From an archaeon (lineage in GTDB: Archaea; Iainarchaeota; Iainarchaeia; Iainarchaeales; CSSED10-239): DNA of 17,980 nucleotides. Within the stretch, counting starts at the first letter, position 1. The number at the start of each line of letters is the position of its first letter. The notes beneath the pieces are model-generated. The model was given only the letters and a program-made list of their open reading frames with translations, made no database searches and was not told the DNA's origin. The stretch lies in the NCBI GenBank assembly GCA_041677685.1, contig JBAYPN010000016.1, forward strand, positions 1 through 17,980, given 5' to 3'. The translations under genes and the position numbers were made by a program. Shown here piece by piece: positions 14,997 through 17,980 of this stretch.

Positions 14997-15848
14997 ATGG
15001 ATGTTGTTGAAAAATTAAGTGAACTTATATCTCTTTCTAGAGAAATATACTCTGATTTAAGAGAACCACTCTACACACAAAAGAAAGAAAACTTAATTAA
15101 AATTCTTACAAAAACAAAAGAAGATCTTGATCTTTTAGCAAACAAAACCTTAGATATTGGAAAGATTAGCTTGATTCAGTACTTCTCTGAAATCAATTCT
15201 AAAAAATTAGATCTTTTTTCTCAAAATTTCCAAATTATAAGTACAAGAATAAATAAGCATCTTTTTTTAGAGATTAACAAAACAGAAATTAAAAATGATC
15301 TAGTAAATATTAAAGAAGCAATTACAAGACCTCAAATCTATTATGATCTAGAGGCAAATATTAAAAACGAACTAAATATCTTTATTGATTATTTAGAAAA
15401 TTCAAAAAAAGTAATCTCAAGTAAATATATGGACATTGGTGCTAAAAAGAAATCAGCAGAAGAACTTTTACTTCTTCTTGAGCATAAAGAGAAAAAGATT
15501 CATGAACTTCTTAAAAAGATCAATGACTATAAATGGTTAGAGGCTAAAGAGAAAGCAAAAGACTCCTTAATCTCAAATCTTGAAATTGAACTTATTAAAA
15601 AAACAAAAGCCTCTGAGCAAAACTCTACTCTTTTAAAAATGCATATTATAAAAATTGAGTCAGAAATTTCAGAAATGTACAGAAATATCAAAAAACTAAA
15701 CAATGACATCTCTCACCTTGACAACTCCTACCTAGAGAAAGAAAAAATCTCCCTAGAGTTAATTAAGGAGCTAAAAGATGAACTTCTAGCAACAAGATAT
15801 GCTCTTGTAAAGATGTCAGAAAAAAAGGAGTCTGAGAAAAATGAGTGA
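14997..15848 (+). CDS. Cytoplasmic coiled-coil protein, unknown function
   Basis: 283 aa, K/E/L/I/N-rich with heptad-like periodicity throughout, no TM segment and no catalytic motif recognised. AGTGA lies 6 nt upstream of the ATG. The stop overlaps the next gene's start. Confidence 0.6.
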   Translation: MDVVEKLSELISLSREIYSDLREPLYTQKKENLIKILTKTKEDLDLLANKTLDIGKISLIQYFSEINSKKLDLFSQNFQIISTRINKHLFLEINKTEIKNDLVNIKEAITRPQIYYDLEANIKNELNIFIDYLENSKKVISSKYMDIGAKKKSAEELLLLLEHKEKKIHELLKKINDYKWLEAKEKAKDSLISNLEIELIKKTKASEQNSTLLKMHIIKIESEISEMYRNIKKLNNDISHLDNSYLEKEKISLELIKELKDELLATRYALVKMSEKKESEKNE

Positions 15849-17322
15849 CTTTGATCCTTTTGGTGGTGGAGACTTTTCTAGAGATCCAGGTTATGGTTCT
15901 GACTACTATGGGAAGAAGAAAAGTACAAAGGGTAAGGGCTTTTTTATATTTTTAGTTGTTGTTATAATTATTTATTTTGTTGTAAAATTTCTTTTCTTAA
16001 CAACCTACACAGTAAGCACAGAAATTAAAAACACAGAAAACCAACCACTAAATGCAAACATTATTATTGCAAAGGACAGTGGTTTCTCAAACAAAGTAGC
16101 AAATATTAATAACTCAGAATCAATTAAATTAAAGAAAGGAAGTTATTATTATAATATTTTAATGAGTGGCTATAATTCTAAAAAAGGGAACTTTACTCTA
16201 AAAGATGACTACACAATTGAAGAGGTTTTAGAAAAAAACATAAAATTAGCAATTAAAAATATTGTCTTTCCTTCTCAAGTGTATGCCAATCAAGAGGCAG
16301 TTCTTGAAATTGAAGTTGAAAATAAAAGCCCAACAGAAATCTACAATCTAGATAATCTTGTTTTTGACGGAGCTTTAAAAGATTGGGAGAACTTCACACC
16401 AATCAACGAAATTGGTTTTCCAATTTCAAAAGAAGAGATTACCTTTCCACCAACTAAGATAAAAATTATAAGATTAAGATTCACAGTTCCTTCAGATTCT
16501 AAACCAAAAGAAAAGCTAGATGCAACTGTGAAGATAAAATATAAGTCTTCAAAAAAGAATGTTAACTTTTCAATAATTGAAGAACCAAAGATAAATACAA
16601 GCTTTGTTCTTAACACCACTGTTAAAAGTGGAACAGTAACTTCCTACAAGTTAACAATTGACAACTCTAAAAACTCTATTTCCTTAACAGACTTAAATCT
16701 AAGTTTAGTTCTTGAGTCAAAGATTGGTCAAGAGGGGGTAAAGAATTGGTTTAAGTTACCACTTGGAGAGGTATATGTTGAGTCTAAGAAAAGATATGAG
16801 AAGATGATTGATGTTGAGGTTCCAATTACTTCTTTGGCAGATGAGATAACTGGGGAGTTAAGAATAACTAGTGCTGCTTTTAAGGAGCCAAAGACTTTCC
16901 CCATAACTTTAAAGGTTGAGGAGCCTGATAATTTTTTTAATATCAAGTTAGACAAGACCACCATCAACCTAGATTATGATGAAAACTTACAGATGGTAAC
17001 AAACAGTGCCATCATAAAACTAACCTTAGACAATCTAAAAAACGATGTTCCAATAACAATTGAGAGGGTTTTTTTTATGGACACCAGCCCAAGAAACGAC
17101 TGTAACAACTTCATCTACATCCCAACAGACACTATCCCTCCCCTAATCTACAAGAAATCAAACCAAGAGGTGTTAATAACAATTGGGGCTGTTGACTCAA
17201 GTCTTATAGGTGATCTGATAAACAACACCAGGACTTGTACAATCAATGTCCTATACCAGCATCCTTTTAGAACCAATGACACAATTGAAGACTATAAAAA
17301 TATTGTGATAAATGTTGAGTAG
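15841..17322 (+). CDS. Bitopic membrane protein: short acidic/Gly/aromatic cytoplasmic tail, one TM, large beta-rich extracellular region (PEGA/CARDB-like repeats); unknown function
   Basis: 493 aa. DFDPFGGGDFSRDPGYGSDYYG, then KKKSTKGKG, then TM FFIFLVVVIIIYFVVKFLFL. This is followed by alternating-polarity beta-strand sequence, e.g. NANIIIAKDSG...LKKGSYYYNILMSGYNSKKGNFTL (PEGA-like) and ANQEAVLEIEVENKSPTEIYNL (CARDB-like). AGGAG at 15826-15830, 10 nt before the ATG. ATGAGTGA overlap with the upstream ORF. Confidence 0.65.
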   Translation: MSDFDPFGGGDFSRDPGYGSDYYGKKKSTKGKGFFIFLVVVIIIYFVVKFLFLTTYTVSTEIKNTENQPLNANIIIAKDSGFSNKVANINNSESIKLKKGSYYYNILMSGYNSKKGNFTLKDDYTIEEVLEKNIKLAIKNIVFPSQVYANQEAVLEIEVENKSPTEIYNLDNLVFDGALKDWENFTPINEIGFPISKEEITFPPTKIKIIRLRFTVPSDSKPKEKLDATVKIKYKSSKKNVNFSIIEEPKINTSFVLNTTVKSGTVTSYKLTIDNSKNSISLTDLNLSLVLESKIGQEGVKNWFKLPLGEVYVESKKRYEKMIDVEVPITSLADEITGELRITSAAFKEPKTFPITLKVEEPDNFFNIKLDKTTINLDYDENLQMVTNSAIIKLTLDNLKNDVPITIERVFFMDTSPRNDCNNFIYIPTDTIPPLIYKKSNQEVLITIGAVDSSLIGDLINNTRTCTINVLYQHPFRTNDTIEDYKNIVINVE

Positions 17323-17327
17323 AAGGT

Positions 17328-17588
17328 TTATTTTTCAAGGACGATAAGAAAATGGTATGGGTTAAATTTTATTCTATAATATTTTTTTAATTTAAAATGT
17401 TTTTTAAGAATAGATAATATTCTTTTTTTAGAATATCCTATTTTATTTACTTCCCAATAGTGACAATCAGAATCTGTAATATTTACTTTTTGTTTTCTAG
17501 GAATTGGTAAATCTAAATAAAAATAAATATAATGTATTTTTGGTAACCACAAATAAAACAAGGGGTTATAGGTATTTTTCTTTCTCAA
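17328..17588 (-). CDS. Hypothetical 86-aa ORF, possibly the C-terminal remnant of a methyltransferase-like gene
   Basis: The tail HYWEVNKIGYSKKRILSILKKHFKLKKYY...PYHFLIVLEK loosely resembles the C-terminal end of class I SAM methyltransferases. No SAM-binding GxGxG block is present and no upstream coding continuation exists. It may not be a functional gene. Confidence 0.3.
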   Translation of the reverse strand: MRKKNTYNPLFYLWLPKIHYIYFYLDLPIPRKQKVNITDSDCHYWEVNKIGYSKKRILSILKKHFKLKKYYRIKFNPYHFLIVLEK

Positions 17589-17702
17589 GTAGTTTCTTTC
17601 TTTATTGTGTTTTTATATTTATTTTTTATTGTAAAAAAATATGTGAAATTAAATTTAAAAGTAAATATTCATTTTTTTATTTAAAAAATTAAATGTTCTT
17701 GA

Positions 17703-17980
17703 CCTTTTGCCTTATCTAATCTTTTTACAGTCATCTTTTTTAATTTTGATAAACTTTTTATCTCTTTTTTTATAAATGATTTTCAATTGGGACTTTATTC
17801 ATTAGGTATTACCTTGATTGGTTTTTTAATATCTATAATTAGTCTACTTGGGATTATTTTCTTTAATTTATTTTCAAAGTATTCCTTTAAACCTCAAAGC
17901 AAATCTATCTTAAATAAATTTTTCAAAATAACTGCAATAATTTCACTGCCAATCTTTCTAGGAGGAATTTTACTATCAAG
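17703..17980 (+). pseudogene. Open frame resembling an internal segment of a Wzx/MATE-type polysaccharide flippase; no ATG start; runs off the window end
   Basis: My manual translation (codons in phase with 17703) gives PFALSNLFTVIFFNFDKLFISFFINDFQLGLYSLGITLIGFLISIISLLGIIFFNLFSKYSFKPQSKSILNKFFKITAIISLPIFLGGILLS. That is 92 stop-free codons in AT-rich DNA, TM-like, with a D-x-L-x-x-x-F-x-x-x-x-x-x-G-x-Y-S motif that normally sits mid-protein in flippases. It is bounded upstream by in-frame TGA 17700-17702 and TAA 17682-17684. The only in-frame candidate starts are TTG at 17787 and 17814. Confidence 0.35.

Noticed and set aside
15527-15709. 60-aa minus-strand ORF inside the coiled-coil gene
   Set aside because: Shadow of a K/E-rich coding strand, with no signals.
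16341-16967. Two minus-strand ORFs (92 and 79 aa) inside the 15841-17322 gene
   Set aside because: Both are antisense to a long, uninterrupted 493-codon ORF that has an SD and translational coupling. They have no motifs.
17504-17692. 62-aa + strand ORF (MVNLNKNKYNVF...)
   Set aside because: It partly overlaps the 17328-17588 ORF on the opposite strand and then runs through AT-rich intergenic DNA. It is low-complexity F/S/Y/K-rich and resembles no coding family.
17682-17702. Possibility that the in-frame TGA at 17700 is recoded (alternative genetic code), extending the flippase-like frame upstream
   Set aside because: A TAA stop lies in the same frame only 6 codons further upstream (17682-17684). 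TGA is also used as a genuine stop elsewhere in the window (pus10, the 14997 ORF). A standard code is the simpler reading.
1-17980. Searched intergenic regions for box C/D sRNA signatures (C box RUGAUGA with D box CUGA), given the adjacent nop5-flpA genes
   Set aside because: Every TGATGA/TCATCA occurrence I found (e.g. ~338, ~1040, ~6583, ~8690, ~9700, ~10905, ~11335, ~11875, ~14200, ~16975) lies inside a protein-coding region. None is in an intergenic spacer with a properly spaced D box.

Overview
This is a strongly AT-rich (by eye), tightly packed archaeal chromosomal segment. The archaeal assignment rests on ribosomal protein L35Ae, a Nop5-fibrillarin pair, Pus10, an Ogg2-type 8-oxoG glycosylase, an archaeal/eukaryal-type GlyRS and a class III (pilin-type) signal peptide. 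Several proteins are unusually short, which suggests a reduced-genome, possibly DPANN-like, lineage; this is inference only. Most of the window is housekeeping: rpl35ae, nop5, flpA, ppdK, a cyclophilin, glyS, tRNA-Leu(UAG) and pus10. It also holds a conspicuous anaerobe-type oxidative-stress neighbourhood. One part is an FNR-like flavoprotein followed by a 2-Cys peroxiredoxin. The other is a minus-strand rubrerythrin-desulfoferrodoxin-ogg string that abuts a convergent mazG-like NTP pyrophosphatase. I see no CRISPR array, transposase, integrase or recognisable defence genes. Five things deserve a second look. (1) A translationally coupled pair of unknowns at 14997-17322: a cytoplasmic coiled-coil protein and a bitopic, beta-sandwich-rich surface protein. 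(2) An archaeal pilin-type N-terminus fused to an Ig-like domain and a DUF1566/Lcl-C-like lectin-fold domain. (3) A perfect 11-bp x5.6 tandem repeat with helically phased A-tracts just upstream of rubrerythrin. (4) A Nop5 that appears to lack the fibrillarin-binding N-terminal domain. (5) Apparent gene remnants at the 3' end of the window. All family assignments come from motif recognition by eye; no searches were run.
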